A stretch of DNA of 62,306 nt, counting the filler, from Planctomycetota bacterium (lineage in GTDB: Bacteria; Planctomycetota; Planctomycetia; JALXBF01): NCBI GenBank assembly GCA_026991575.1. It is 3 parts of 3 records of this genome, joined end to end, with 100 filler letters (N's around TTAATTAATTAA, not from the genome) between each part and the next. Parts side by side here need not be neighbours in the genome. Positions count along the whole stretch, not along the records: positions 41,946 to 62,306 come from JALXBF010000074.1; 2 more parts are not named here. The stretch is one strand, 5' to 3'. Each line of letters starts with the position of its first letter. Within the stretch, counting starts at the first letter, position 1. The position numbers and the translations under genes are program-made. Below are positions 41,947 through 51,779 of this stretch, in pieces. The notes below the pieces were generated by a model. It was not told where the DNA came from and made no database searches. It saw only the letters and a program-made list of their open reading frames with translations.

Positions 41947-43113
41947 GTGGTTCCGCTGTCGGAAGAGTGTTGGGCGGTTGTGGAGGCCAAGAGCGGCGGC
42001 GGTCACGTGAACCGAGCATTGCGCCGCCTCGCTGATTGCTGGCAGCTGGCGCCGCACCACATCGTGCTGCTAGAGCCCAAAGGACAGTTGCGTTGGTGTC
42101 TTTCGCATGTGGCCACCGGGCCACGAGGCTACATTCAGTACGTGCGGGCCTTGCTGGACGGACGCCGCGCGCTGGAGATCCTGGCTCAGGCCCCCGTGGA
42201 CGACACGGCGACGTGGGCTGACAGCGGTTCCAGTCAGCAACGGGCTGTGTCAAAGGGCAGGTCGGTCCGTCGCACGGGCGGGAGTCTGCCTGCACCCACC
42301 GGTCCGTACGCTTCCTTCCGGTTGATTCGCCCCGTTCACAAAGGGCACCGGCTGCTGCCGCGGCTGGCCGAGCGCGGACTGGTTGTCACGGAAGCCTGGC
42401 GGCTGGTTCCGAAGAATCGCAAGGCCCTATGCGTCACGTGCGCACTGGCCGTGGAGTACGCTTGGAGTCGTCCGTTGGCTCGCGTCCTGGATCTCTGGCG
42501 CAGTGGCCGGGGAGAACGGTTCAGGGTGAGTGCGTATCCGGCGGAGGAAGTACGCCGTGCTCGGGAACTCCTGGGCCGAGCGCGGAAGGCTGGTTTGATT
42601 CCACCCGGCTCGCTAGTGCTGGGGCCGTGCTACTGGTGGGTCAAGTCGCTCTGCGACCGGGCAAGCCGTGCGTACTTCTCGGGTTTGTGGCTCGAGCTGT
42701 TTGCCTTGATTGTGGCGGCACGGTTCTGTCGCCCGTACCGAAAGGAAATGTACGAACCGTGGGCCCAGGTCGCTGCCATGGCGAAAGGAGCTGGGCCACC
42801 TCAACAACTCGGAGTGGTCATTCCGTTGCCAAACCAACGGTTCGCCGTGGTTCGGGCTGCCCTCGGCTGCGACGTCAAGGCGGCCGGGGCGCTGGAGCGA
42901 ACTGCTCGCTGCTGGCAGCTGGCGCCGCACGAGGCCATTCTGCTGACGGCCCACGAGCATTTCGAGCAGAGTGAGTCCTACGTTGCGATGGGGCCGCGAG
43001 CCTACATCCGCTACCTGCCTCGTTTGTTCAACGGAGACGCTAAAGGACGGGGCACGCTGGATTCAATCCAGCCTTGCGGCACGTGTGCCACGCCGGTCGC
43101 TCCTTACTCGTAA
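41947..43113 (+). CDS. Protein with duplicated PD-(D/E)xK nuclease-like (Card1/DUF1887-like) domain, 5' truncated
   Basis: 'VVEAKSG' (ExK) in the first repeat; 'YFSGLWLELF' resembles the Card1-type 'G.WLE' helix; internal repeat 'CWQLAPH...V..GPR.YI.Y' with 291-aa period. Confidence 0.5.
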   Translation: MVPLSEECWAVVEAKSGGGHVNRALRRLADCWQLAPHHIVLLEPKGQLRWCLSHVATGPRGYIQYVRALLDGRRALEILAQAPVDDTATWADSGSSQQRAVSKGRSVRRTGGSLPAPTGPYASFRLIRPVHKGHRLLPRLAERGLVVTEAWRLVPKNRKALCVTCALAVEYAWSRPLARVLDLWRSGRGERFRVSAYPAEEVRRARELLGRARKAGLIPPGSLVLGPCYWWVKSLCDRASRAYFSGLWLELFALIVAARFCRPYRKEMYEPWAQVAAMAKGAGPPQQLGVVIPLPNQRFAVVRAALGCDVKAAGALERTARCWQLAPHEAILLTAHEHFEQSESYVAMGPRAYIRYLPRLFNGDAKGRGTLDSIQPCGTCATPVAPYS

Positions 43114-43444
43114 CGGGCATAAGCACGAGGTGAGCACGAACCCTTACGCGGCTCGGGGTGGTGGACGCAGTCCGCCAGATCGCCGCATCGATCCAGATTT
43201 CGTTAGCCCGATCACCACGATCGACTGTTCCTTCCTATGGCAGTGCCCGGGCGTGGCACAAGCGACACGCATCAGATGTGCCGACGCACCGATGGGGAAG
43301 GCTGGAGCGGGTACGCGAGCAGCCTTCGACTCAGGTGACTTTCGTATGCGGCAGCCGCGCCGCATTGACAAGCCGTTGTGCACCACCACGATAGTGCTGG
43401 TATGCTGTAAGGGTGAGCTGACGTAGCACTTGTGGGGTTGGCCA

Positions 43445-44845
43445 ATGCAAGAGCCACTGGGGCGTCCACACGTCGAGCGACAGGCGGGAGACGGACACCC
43501 GTTTCTGCTGTTTCATTGGGACATTGTCGGACAGCTCAGGCCGCAAGAGCTGCCAGAGTACCTCGATCTGACGGACGCGGAGTGGCACTCGCACGCCAGC
43601 GGCACCGACGGCGCGCTCGGCTGTGTGATCAGTGGCCGGTTTCCGTTGTGGTTCTTTTCGGCCATCGTGACCCGGTTGGCGACCAGCAAATCGCAGCCGG
43701 AATGGTGCTGTCCCGCGTGGATCGGGGTTCTTGACCCGCGCTTCGGCGGGGCCGTTGTCGTGGTCGCGGACACGCAAAGCCCACAATTGGGTGAGGTGCG
43801 GCCGGTAGCGATTCCCGGTGTTCAGGCGGCGGGCTCGGTGGATGGAAGCACGGTCACGACAGTCAACTGGTCCGGTCACCTTACAGGACAGGCTAGCGGC
43901 AACTCGTTCATTCTCCGTTTCGCATCTCCCGGCCGGGACAAGGTGAGTCCCGCGACGTTGCAGGCCGCGCTGCGCCGTGTCGAAGCTTTGCTACCTCGTC
44001 GCCTACCCGAGCTGATCGTTCTCGATGGCCAGTATCCCTCGTGGCTTGCCAGCGCTGTGGTGGCGTTCCTTGCGGAGCGTTGCCCCCAGGCTTCGGTTGC
44101 GGTACGTGCGGTCTGGGAAGGCGGGAACGTCGTTGCTTACGGAGGGGAACCACCGACGTGGGCGGTGGGCAGTCTCATTCCCGATCGCACGCCCGGCTTG
44201 CCGGCTGCGGTCGTGGCCATCGTCGGAGATCCGAACAGCGGCAAGTCGGTCTTGAGCCTCAAGCTGTATCACCACCTGCGCGCTCAGCCTGATTTCCGCT
44301 GCTACCGGATTGACTGCGATGCGTACGCACCCACGACAGAATGGACACTCCGAGAGCACGGAGATCAGTTGCGGGGGATTTGGAAGACGGCCAAGGGCAG
44401 TTGGACGGTAGAGGACGAGCAGCGGCTGGCGGAAGTGCTCGCGAAACTGAAGCACAGTCCACTTGACCTTGTGCTAGCGGACATGCCGGGAGGGAATTTT
44501 TCCGTTGATCCGCCGCAGCGGATTCCCCGCACACGTGCCAGCCTTTTCAAACTTGCGGACGCGTTTGTCGTTGTGGCTAAGCACGAGGCCGCTTTGGAAG
44601 GCTGGCGGGAGGCACTGGCGGAACTCGGGTTGGCCAGTCGGATCGCATGGGTGGTGCGTCCCAGTCCGAAGAGCATCAGGGAAAGTTGGCCGGCCAGGGC
44701 TTCCAAGACGGACCATCGCCGGACCATGCCCTCCGAGTACCACATCGGCCTGCTCGAGCGTACGCAAGTCTACCAGCGGACCGCCGCAATCGAACAGCTG
44801 GCTGCTCAACTGATGGCCTTTGCCCGACGCAGGATTGGCAACTAG
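43445..44845 (+). CDS. csx3: Tandem Csx3/Crn3-like domains fused to a P-loop NTPase
   Basis: Domain 1 'VISGRFPLWF...WIGVLDPRFGGAVVV...GEV'; domain 2 'VLDGQYPSWLA...EGGNVVAY...GSLIP'; Walker A 'GDPNSGKSVL'; 'LADMPGG'. Confidence 0.7.
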   Translation: MQEPLGRPHVERQAGDGHPFLLFHWDIVGQLRPQELPEYLDLTDAEWHSHASGTDGALGCVISGRFPLWFFSAIVTRLATSKSQPEWCCPAWIGVLDPRFGGAVVVVADTQSPQLGEVRPVAIPGVQAAGSVDGSTVTTVNWSGHLTGQASGNSFILRFASPGRDKVSPATLQAALRRVEALLPRRLPELIVLDGQYPSWLASAVVAFLAERCPQASVAVRAVWEGGNVVAYGGEPPTWAVGSLIPDRTPGLPAAVVAIVGDPNSGKSVLSLKLYHHLRAQPDFRCYRIDCDAYAPTTEWTLREHGDQLRGIWKTAKGSWTVEDEQRLAEVLAKLKHSPLDLVLADMPGGNFSVDPPQRIPRTRASLFKLADAFVVVAKHEAALEGWREALAELGLASRIAWVVRPSPKSIRESWPARASKTDHRRTMPSEYHIGLLERTQVYQRTAAIEQLAAQLMAFARRRIGN

Positions 44846-44913
44846 TAAGTCTTCGCCGCGCTCGGTGATCGCGTCCGCACGCCGAGGCGAAATGGTGCAC
44901 GGCGCGTGGTTTA

Positions 44914-45357
44914 GAGTCTGTCCGAACAATGCTGGTCGCAAGAACCCCGTGCGTCGGGCTGGGGTGCGGTTAATTAGGCGAACTCTAGGCAGAGGAAGGT
45001 GTTACATAGGAGCACGCTATCGGTGTCCGGAACCCATTGCAGCGTTGCTCACGGTGGTTGTGCCGTCGCTGGGCTTTGGACCGCGTTGCGGTCGGGGGCG
45101 GCGTAGTCGGCCGGCCACACCGCTGAGGCGGATCTACAACTCGATCTGCTATCGGATGCGTACGCGATGCCCATGGCAGTCGAATCCGGCGACAGAGGAG
45201 CTGGCCACCGAAACACGGCGCACGAGTGGTTCAGGGTGAAACGGTGCGTTCGCGGTCACGTTGTAGCATTGGGTGAGCGGATTGGCCTGGGCAGTGGGGG
45301 AACAGGCGAAGCGGGAGCTGCGCGGTTCGGGGAGTCCCGTTCAAACCTGCGGACAGC
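44914..45357 (+). mobile_element. Degenerate partial second copy of the IS5-family element
   Basis: Terminal GAGTCTGTCCG, a leader similar to 3880-3974, and 'RYRCPEPIAALL...GRRSRPATPLRRIYNSICYRMRT'; start codon lost. Confidence 0.7.
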
Positions 45358-45971
45358 ATGCTCCAAACCGTCCGGGGGATTGTGCGTCCCTGCCTGAGAC
45401 TGATTGCACATCGCCCCGGCTTTTTTCTTCTGCCCTGCCGCCGTGGTCTCGGACCACGACGGCAAGGAGGTCTCCGGGGGCTTTGCCGCGGGCAGCGCGG
45501 CCCAGCAAGAAGTTCGCTGGACCTACCGCGCTACCCAATTGGCCTAGCGGGTGCAGGGCCTGAGGCCTCCACCCGCCCGTTCAACCTAGCGGCCCGATCT
45601 TTCCGCCTCCGACTCCGCGAACGGCCCCGTCAGCATAGCCATCGTCTCCATCGCTGCCTGGCGGACACATGCAGCGAACGACCAACGCCGGAGCGGCTGC
45701 AACGCAGAAACGTAACGGACACGACTACTGCACTCGACCGGCCACTGACGCAACACGCATGATCGTGCCCAGTTGGCTTCCCATTGCTGCTCAGCGCGGA
45801 ACCTGCACTACACCGGCAGATCAACCCTGGGCCAACGACCTCGCGGGCGCTTCGCTGTGCGGTTCTCCGCGACTGAGCGTCCTGACCCGTGCCGGGCTGG
45901 ACCCGCGCATGGTCTGGCCGCTTTTCTCGGCCGGGGATTTCAGTCGCAGGCATCAGTACGGCGCTCAGCTG

Positions 45972-47798
45972 TCAGGGGCCGGGATCATCGTCGCTCCGCG
46001 CTGAGGTCGCATCTGGTTTCGGGGGCACGAACCATATCTCCACGCACGCCCCTGCCTTCTGAACTAGTCGGCCCTGGCTCGCGATCTGCCAGGCTACGCT
46101 GGCGCGGCTGATGTATTCCCGGCGAGAGACCAGGTACCAGCCGCTTGGCAGATCAGGGCCAGGGGGGACCGTGCCAGCACGCAAGCCAAAGAGTTCCAAT
46201 GGCAAGCTTGGCTTACACAACTCGTACAGTGGCTGCGGACGGCCTGCCTCTCGGTACCACCGTGCGAGATACCAGTAGTCGAAGCCAGGATCGGCGGCGT
46301 CCCCGCCTATCGGCGGAGCGTCTTCGTCGCACCAGCGGGCGATCACGTTGAAGAACGCTTCTGGATGGGGCCAATTGGCGTAGGATTCCGTCAGGCTGAG
46401 CACGCACAGTGCGGCCGCGGTCAGTTTGAGAGCTCGACCGGAGCGTGCGATTGCGACCGCGATGGCTACTGCCAGCGGGAGCATGGCGGGCAGTGCGTAC
46501 CGGAGGTGACCTGCTGCTCCGGGCGTACCGACCAGTGCGGCCAGCAGCGGAATTGCGACCGCGATTGCCCCCCACGCATCTGCCGCTAAGGCCCGTCGCC
46601 AGCCCTGGGACACGAGGCCGAGGAGGGCGAGGCCGGCTAGCAGCACCGTCCCCGTCGTCTCCTTGAAGAGGAAGGCCATCGGGTACCACAGCTTCCAATC
46701 GGCCGGCCGGGTGCGGCCACAGACGACCGTGCCCAGCGCCAGGTCGAATTCGCTCGCCTGCCGGTCGAACCCATGGACGTATTCGGCGGGCAAGGGCACC
46801 GGGAGCCGTTCGAAGATGGTGCCGCGGAACCGATTCACGAGCGACTCTGTTGGCTCGTCCATCCGAGTCAGCAGTTGTGAGGAGAACTCGTAGGCGCCCA
46901 GCGGCGTAGCCGTCCCACGGAACCCGTAGAAGGCGTTTATGCCGAGCAAGCATGTCAGTAGCGGGATGGCGATCGATAGCAACATCTTCGGCGCAGCCTG
47001 GCGAGGTTGCTTCCATCGGCAGAAGAAGGGGATTGCCAGGAACCAGCCGAGCAGAATGAGCCAGGCGGTGAACTTGGTCAGACAGCCCAGTGACATCAGA
47101 ATGCTTCCCAGCGCGAGCCAGATCCAATCCGACGACTTGAGCCACCGGACGCAGCAGTAGGTTGCGGCCGCTGTGAGCCCGGCCACCATGCCGTCTGGCA
47201 CGATGACGGCTGACCACGTGGCGACGATAGGCGAACTGAGCAGGACAATGGCGCAGATGATCGCGGCCACGTTGCCACCGGCGCTTCGTGCCCAGAGCAC
47301 GCAGGTCCAGATTCCGAGCAGCAGGAAGGGCAGCAGGACCAGGCGGGCTACGAATAGTCCCGTGCGCCAGTTGTCCCAGTGTTGAAGCATTCGGATACCG
47401 CGTGCCACTTCCGTGCGCACCAGCCAACCGGGTGGCAGCAGCGTTGGGTCTTCGGGTAATCGCAAGCCGGTGGTCCAGGCAACGGCCGAGGCGACGATGC
47501 GGCAAAGGGGCGGGTTGACGGCGTAGATGTCCGTGCGGCCTGCGGTCCAGAAGCACATGCCGGCGAAGATGTGCGCGGGTTCGTCAACGTGTGGTGAGTG
47601 GTTCCATGCCAGGTATGCGGCCAGGCATGCCCAGATGACGACTCCCACGCCGAGGTAGAACAAGACGCGGTCGTACGGTTTTCGCGTTGGGACAGTGCTC
47701 TCACATCGGCGACTGTGGCACATCAGGTGGGCCGGGGTCAGCCCGAGGGCCGACGGTTTGAGGAGCCGCGTTGGCATGCTGCTGTCCCACTGGTGCAT
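45972..47798 (-). CDS. GT-C fold membrane glycosyltransferase (ArnT/PMT-like, GT39/GT83-type)
   Basis: 'SPHVDEPAH..AG', 'VNPPL', 'ARL', 'PD', 'LTKFT', 'RYALP', more than 10 TM segments; true start may be somewhat downstream. Confidence 0.85.
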   Translation of the reverse strand: MHQWDSSMPTRLLKPSALGLTPAHLMCHSRRCESTVPTRKPYDRVLFYLGVGVVIWACLAAYLAWNHSPHVDEPAHIFAGMCFWTAGRTDIYAVNPPLCRIVASAVAWTTGLRLPEDPTLLPPGWLVRTEVARGIRMLQHWDNWRTGLFVARLVLLPFLLLGIWTCVLWARSAGGNVAAIICAIVLLSSPIVATWSAVIVPDGMVAGLTAAATYCCVRWLKSSDWIWLALGSILMSLGCLTKFTAWLILLGWFLAIPFFCRWKQPRQAAPKMLLSIAIPLLTCLLGINAFYGFRGTATPLGAYEFSSQLLTRMDEPTESLVNRFRGTIFERLPVPLPAEYVHGFDRQASEFDLALGTVVCGRTRPADWKLWYPMAFLFKETTGTVLLAGLALLGLVSQGWRRALAADAWGAIAVAIPLLAALVGTPGAAGHLRYALPAMLPLAVAIAVAIARSGRALKLTAAALCVLSLTESYANWPHPEAFFNVIARWCDEDAPPIGGDAADPGFDYWYLARWYREAGRPQPLYELCKPSLPLELFGLRAGTVPPGPDLPSGWYLVSRREYISRASVAWQIASQGRLVQKAGACVEIWFVPPKPDATSARSDDDPGP

Positions 47799-47889
47799 CG
47801 TAGTCTACGGATCGCGCTGAGTCGAACTTCATGCCCCTGGCAACAAACAGGGAGGAAACTGGAGCACCACGCCGGATGCTCGTCTGTCT

Positions 47890-49638
47890 TCACCGTGCCT
47901 GCACCTCCGCGCAGACGATAACGCCGCGCAAAGCGTGTGTCCATGGTCCAGGCAGTATGCGGAATTCGCGACGGTCCAACTGTGTTGCGAGGAGATGATC
48001 TGCAGCCTGCTGCAGATGGGAAGGGGAGATCGGCTCGATAGACGGGCACAGGGACAGCCATTCCAGGTGGTGGCCCGTTATTCCCCATACGAGGACGTCC
48101 GGGGCCAGGAAGGCTTGGGCCGGGTCCGGTTTCTCGTACCAGCCCGGGCCCCAGTCGCCGTCTGAAGGATCCTTTTCGGCCAGAGACACCCGTGCGCGCT
48201 CCAGTTGTGCCTGTGCTGCTACCACGGCCTCGTGAGAAAGAAACGGTCGCTGGCGGTGCAGGGCGAGAACGTAGGCAAGTGCATACAGAACGTGAGTGGC
48301 ATGGCAAGCCCTGGTTGCAGCTAGCATTGTTGGGTCGGCCAAACGGAGAACACTTTGATTGAGGTCGCAGACTATGCCGTACTTGTTGAGCCACCTGGTG
48401 CGGGGCGCGACGAAGGTGGCCAGAGCCGGGACGATCCATTCAAGTTCGTCGTTGTCGTTGAAATTGGCCAGAAGGTGGCGGACCACGTCGGCTACAGTCC
48501 CGCCGGCGGGAAGCTGATCGTGCGTGGTCATCCCAGCTTCGGCCGCGACCAGCAAGAATTGGCCCGTGTGCGCTTCCACGCGTGCCGCTGGCGTGCGGTC
48601 TGCCGGCAGAAGGGGAAAGCCGTCAGCACGCACCCCCCACGCCGTCTTCACGAACACGCCGTACGGGGAGCGTTGCCTGTAGGCGCTATAGAGGGCGCGT
48701 AGCCAGGTAACGCTTGCGCGCGCCTCGCACAAACCAGCCTGTGCAGCGGTTACTTGCAGTCGTGCCGCATGTAGGAAGCCGTTTGGACGCAAGTCTGAGC
48801 TGGGCTGGCACACGGCGAGCAGGGACCGTAACCTGGCCACGTGACGCTCGTCCAGGCGCACCCAGGAGAAACGGCGAACGCGAGCAGGGGGCTCTTGCAA
48901 GGGGATCTCGCGCCATGACGGCGTGGAACGGGCAGTTGTTGCCGACGCACAGCCGCCGACGGAGCTGCATGCGAGCAGGAAAAACGCCACGGTCGATGCG
49001 CGGCAAGGCCCTCCGGATCGGCCAAGGAACAACCTTGCTGCTACCAGACAGCAAAGGCCAGCGACCAACAGGGCGACCCCCACAGCAACCATCGCCCACC
49101 GCACGCCGCTTCTCGGCACGATCGCATAACCGTCCCAGAATTTGCTAAGCGAGTCGCCATCCGTGGTAAAAATCCGGAGAGAGCATGGCTCGATCAGCGA
49201 GACTTTTCCCTTGCCCTGCATTCGGACGAGCACGACGTAGTGACCGAGACCGCCACGGCCATGGACAAGTAGGATAGCCGGTAAGGGCAACCTGCGAATG
49301 GCCGTGGGCCGGACATGCACCGCCATTGCCGGTTGCCCCAGTGCTTCCAGGGTCCGAACGACCGCCAACATGGAAGCACCCCGATCGGTGGTCGGGAGCA
49401 CTCGACAGACGTCCCCGTAAGAGACTGCGTGGCCCGTCATGCGCAATAGGAGATAGGCGGCCTTTCGACCGCAATCCTTCGGGCCCTCGATGCGGCCGGC
49501 GCTGGCTGGGACGGGGCTGCGTTCCCTGGACGATTGAGCGGGCAGCCCCTTCCCCGCTGCTGGCCTACCTGCCAGCTGCAGGCCGGTCACAATCCCCATG
49601 ATCGTACAAGCAGCGACTAGGCACTGCGCCGAATGCAT
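47890..49638 (-). CDS. Exported C39 peptidase fused via TM segments to a helical domain of unknown function
   Basis: 'KDCGRKAAY', 'GASMLAV', 'LPLPAILLV', 'GHYVVL', 'LIEP', 'FWDGYAI'; TM; second signal/lipobox-like 'SVGGC'; C-domain motifs 'EAHTGQFL', 'ELEW', 'ACHATH', 'TGHHLEWL'. Confidence 0.8.
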   Translation of the reverse strand: MHSAQCLVAACTIMGIVTGLQLAGRPAAGKGLPAQSSRERSPVPASAGRIEGPKDCGRKAAYLLLRMTGHAVSYGDVCRVLPTTDRGASMLAVVRTLEALGQPAMAVHVRPTAIRRLPLPAILLVHGRGGLGHYVVLVRMQGKGKVSLIEPCSLRIFTTDGDSLSKFWDGYAIVPRSGVRWAMVAVGVALLVAGLCCLVAARLFLGRSGGPCRASTVAFFLLACSSVGGCASATTARSTPSWREIPLQEPPARVRRFSWVRLDERHVARLRSLLAVCQPSSDLRPNGFLHAARLQVTAAQAGLCEARASVTWLRALYSAYRQRSPYGVFVKTAWGVRADGFPLLPADRTPAARVEAHTGQFLLVAAEAGMTTHDQLPAGGTVADVVRHLLANFNDNDELEWIVPALATFVAPRTRWLNKYGIVCDLNQSVLRLADPTMLAATRACHATHVLYALAYVLALHRQRPFLSHEAVVAAQAQLERARVSLAEKDPSDGDWGPGWYEKPDPAQAFLAPDVLVWGITGHHLEWLSLCPSIEPISPSHLQQAADHLLATQLDRREFRILPGPWTHALRGVIVCAEVQAR

Positions 49639-49806
49639 GGCCCCGGTGCCTCGCTACACATAGCGCGCCGCCAGGCCGGCTGATCCACGGAGGATATCAA
49701 CGCTAGCTTTCGGTTCGATTCCGCTCATCAGGTAGACTTAGCACGCTGCTGTGCGATGTCTCGGTGGCCTTGCATTCAGGATGCGGCATGGACCGTGCTT
49801 GGCCGT

Positions 49807-51729
49807 TCAGCCGGGCTGGGCTGAGTCGGCCGGACGAACACGCCTCGTCGCAAACGCCAGCGCGATCAGTACGCCCGCGGCGAGTCCGCACAGGCACGCC
49901 AGAGCGGTTAGGCCAAGCAGTGCGGGTGTGGTGAGCTGACCCAAGTAACCTCGGGACGCTGTGTCGTGCTTACGTGCTACAACACGGGTCAGGGTCGCTA
50001 CTTGCTCGGCCAGCTCCAGACCGCCGGGCAGGTCGACGGATTCGCCATTTGTTCGGCGTACCAAGGTTCCAGGATTAAGAGGGGGGGTATACCATGACTG
50101 GTCGAGTGGCAGGTGGGCCTGTACGGAACGTATCGTCAACTTCCTTTCGAAAACATCACCCCATCGCCCATCTGCTAGCGGCCGTTGCTCGCGGACCACG
50201 ACCCGCGAAGGGAACCATACAACGGTCCCCCCCACCTCCGCGATGGCACGGTACCCTTGAAAGAGGATTGTCGATCTCAAGCCTTGCACGCTTGGCGACG
50301 GTCGCCGATGCAGCACCCGGGAAGCGACCAGGCCGTCCGGAGTGATGATGATCTCAGTCCGTTCACGTGCGTCCTCTGGGCCAAGCGACAGCCGCACTAC
50401 GAAGCCCCATTGGCGATCCTGGAGCACATCTGTTCTGGGCAGCAGTTCGTCGAGGGGGAGGTCTCGAAGACGCGACATCGGATGCGTCTGATGGGCTTTC
50501 ACGGCACATGCGCACACGCCGACGTCACGCAGAAGGGGATCGATCAGACGCACGCAAGCGGCTTCCGCGGAGGCCGTTTCCCGGACCATGCGGAGCGCTC
50601 GCCAGAACTTGCCCGCCATCGTCCCGTTGCTATACAGGGCAGGGGGCAACTGCCAGTATGGGACCCCTAACCCGGGCTCCGCAGGCCGGTGGGACGTCGT
50701 TTCGGACCAATACATGCCGGCACCGAGGTAGACAACCCTAACAGACCTCTGTGTGTGCTCGCGCCCAAGGATGAGGGGCCTGGATCGAGAGCCCACCGAG
50801 CGGACTTCGTAGCAAACGGCGAGGGTCTCATCGTGGTCAAAAAGCTGACTCAAGGCACGGAGTTGGCGCTGGGCCAACGACAGGGTCTCTTTGGCCAATG
50901 CCCGCGCCCGAGCTGGCTGGGACCCCCCGCCAGAGGAAGCGGTCTGACCTCGGGAAGTCGCCCGTAGCCGCCGGTCCGCGCCAGCTGACGCGGTCAGCGA
51001 TTCAACCTGCCCATGCGCCAGGAGCAGGGGCAGCAGCAATGGAACAAGTCCCCGGGAACGATTTCCTCGCGTAGGCGGCGGCTCCTGGATGCCTCGTGTG
51101 TGTGCGCTACGGTCCCGCAATGACCGGGCACGGAGAAGCGACATGCTCACCAGGCCGATACCAAGCCCTAGGCTGAAGCCGCCGGCGATAAGCGCCAGCG
51201 GCCTGTAGGTCGGCCGAAGGCACAGGGCATATCCTGTCCAGTATTCGGCGAGGCGGTGCTCCTGCGTCCGGAACACTGCCAGGGATCTCGGTTCCAGGAG
51301 GATATGCTGGCCGTTCTCGCCGGTGCCCAACCACACCACGTGCTGGAACATACCGCTCCCCGGTACGTCCAGCCAGAGTAAGGCTGGCGGGTGGATCTGT
51401 CGTAAGTCCAGTGGCCTGAGTCGTTCGATGGTGGCGAACGGAGTGACCGACGCGGCCTGGCGGAGTAGCTGTTCGGCGGAGGCGGACGGGCCTGCGGTGC
51501 GCAGGATGTCGATCAAGGAGCATTGAAGGCCGTGGCCGCGCAGGACAAGCCAGAGGGCGACAGCACCGGCGGCACGTTCGCTGCGCCAGCTTACTTTGCT
51601 GTGTTCGGTCGGCGTCCCTGATGCGGCAGATGATGTGTCCAGACTGCGGAACAAGGCATGACTGCAGCCTGGCAACAGGCAGAAAGTGCTCATCAGGATG
51701 CACAGGGGCGCAGGACATGCACGCCGCAT
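49807..51729 (-). CDS. Lipoprotein with probably inactive C39-like domain fused to a beta-rich exported domain and C-terminal TM
   Basis: Lipobox LPGC; 'RAAGAVALW' (Cys replaced by Ala), 'PALLWL', 'QHVVW', 'LLEP', 'YWTGYAL'; later 'FQGYR......VWFPSR...PGTLV'. Confidence 0.7.
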   Translation of the reverse strand: MRRACPAPLCILMSTFCLLPGCSHALFRSLDTSSAASGTPTEHSKVSWRSERAAGAVALWLVLRGHGLQCSLIDILRTAGPSASAEQLLRQAASVTPFATIERLRPLDLRQIHPPALLWLDVPGSGMFQHVVWLGTGENGQHILLEPRSLAVFRTQEHRLAEYWTGYALCLRPTYRPLALIAGGFSLGLGIGLVSMSLLRARSLRDRSAHTRGIQEPPPTRGNRSRGLVPLLLPLLLAHGQVESLTASAGADRRLRATSRGQTASSGGGSQPARARALAKETLSLAQRQLRALSQLFDHDETLAVCYEVRSVGSRSRPLILGREHTQRSVRVVYLGAGMYWSETTSHRPAEPGLGVPYWQLPPALYSNGTMAGKFWRALRMVRETASAEAACVRLIDPLLRDVGVCACAVKAHQTHPMSRLRDLPLDELLPRTDVLQDRQWGFVVRLSLGPEDARERTEIIITPDGLVASRVLHRRPSPSVQGLRSTILFQGYRAIAEVGGTVVWFPSRVVVREQRPLADGRWGDVFERKLTIRSVQAHLPLDQSWYTPPLNPGTLVRRTNGESVDLPGGLELAEQVATLTRVVARKHDTASRGYLGQLTTPALLGLTALACLCGLAAGVLIALAFATRRVRPADSAQPG

Positions 51730-51779
51730 GTTCTCCCCCCGCTCTAAAACTGTTCCCCGGGGCTCTGTGCCGCTGACTC

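Noticed and set aside
43365..43392. TTGACA promoter upstream of the csx3-like gene
   Set aside because: The -10 (CACGAT, 16-nt spacer) is weak; not enough support to call
41946..45970. CRISPR array near the csx3-like gene
   Set aside because: No regularly spaced 25-40 bp repeats are visible; the only exact repeat is the coding 21-mer
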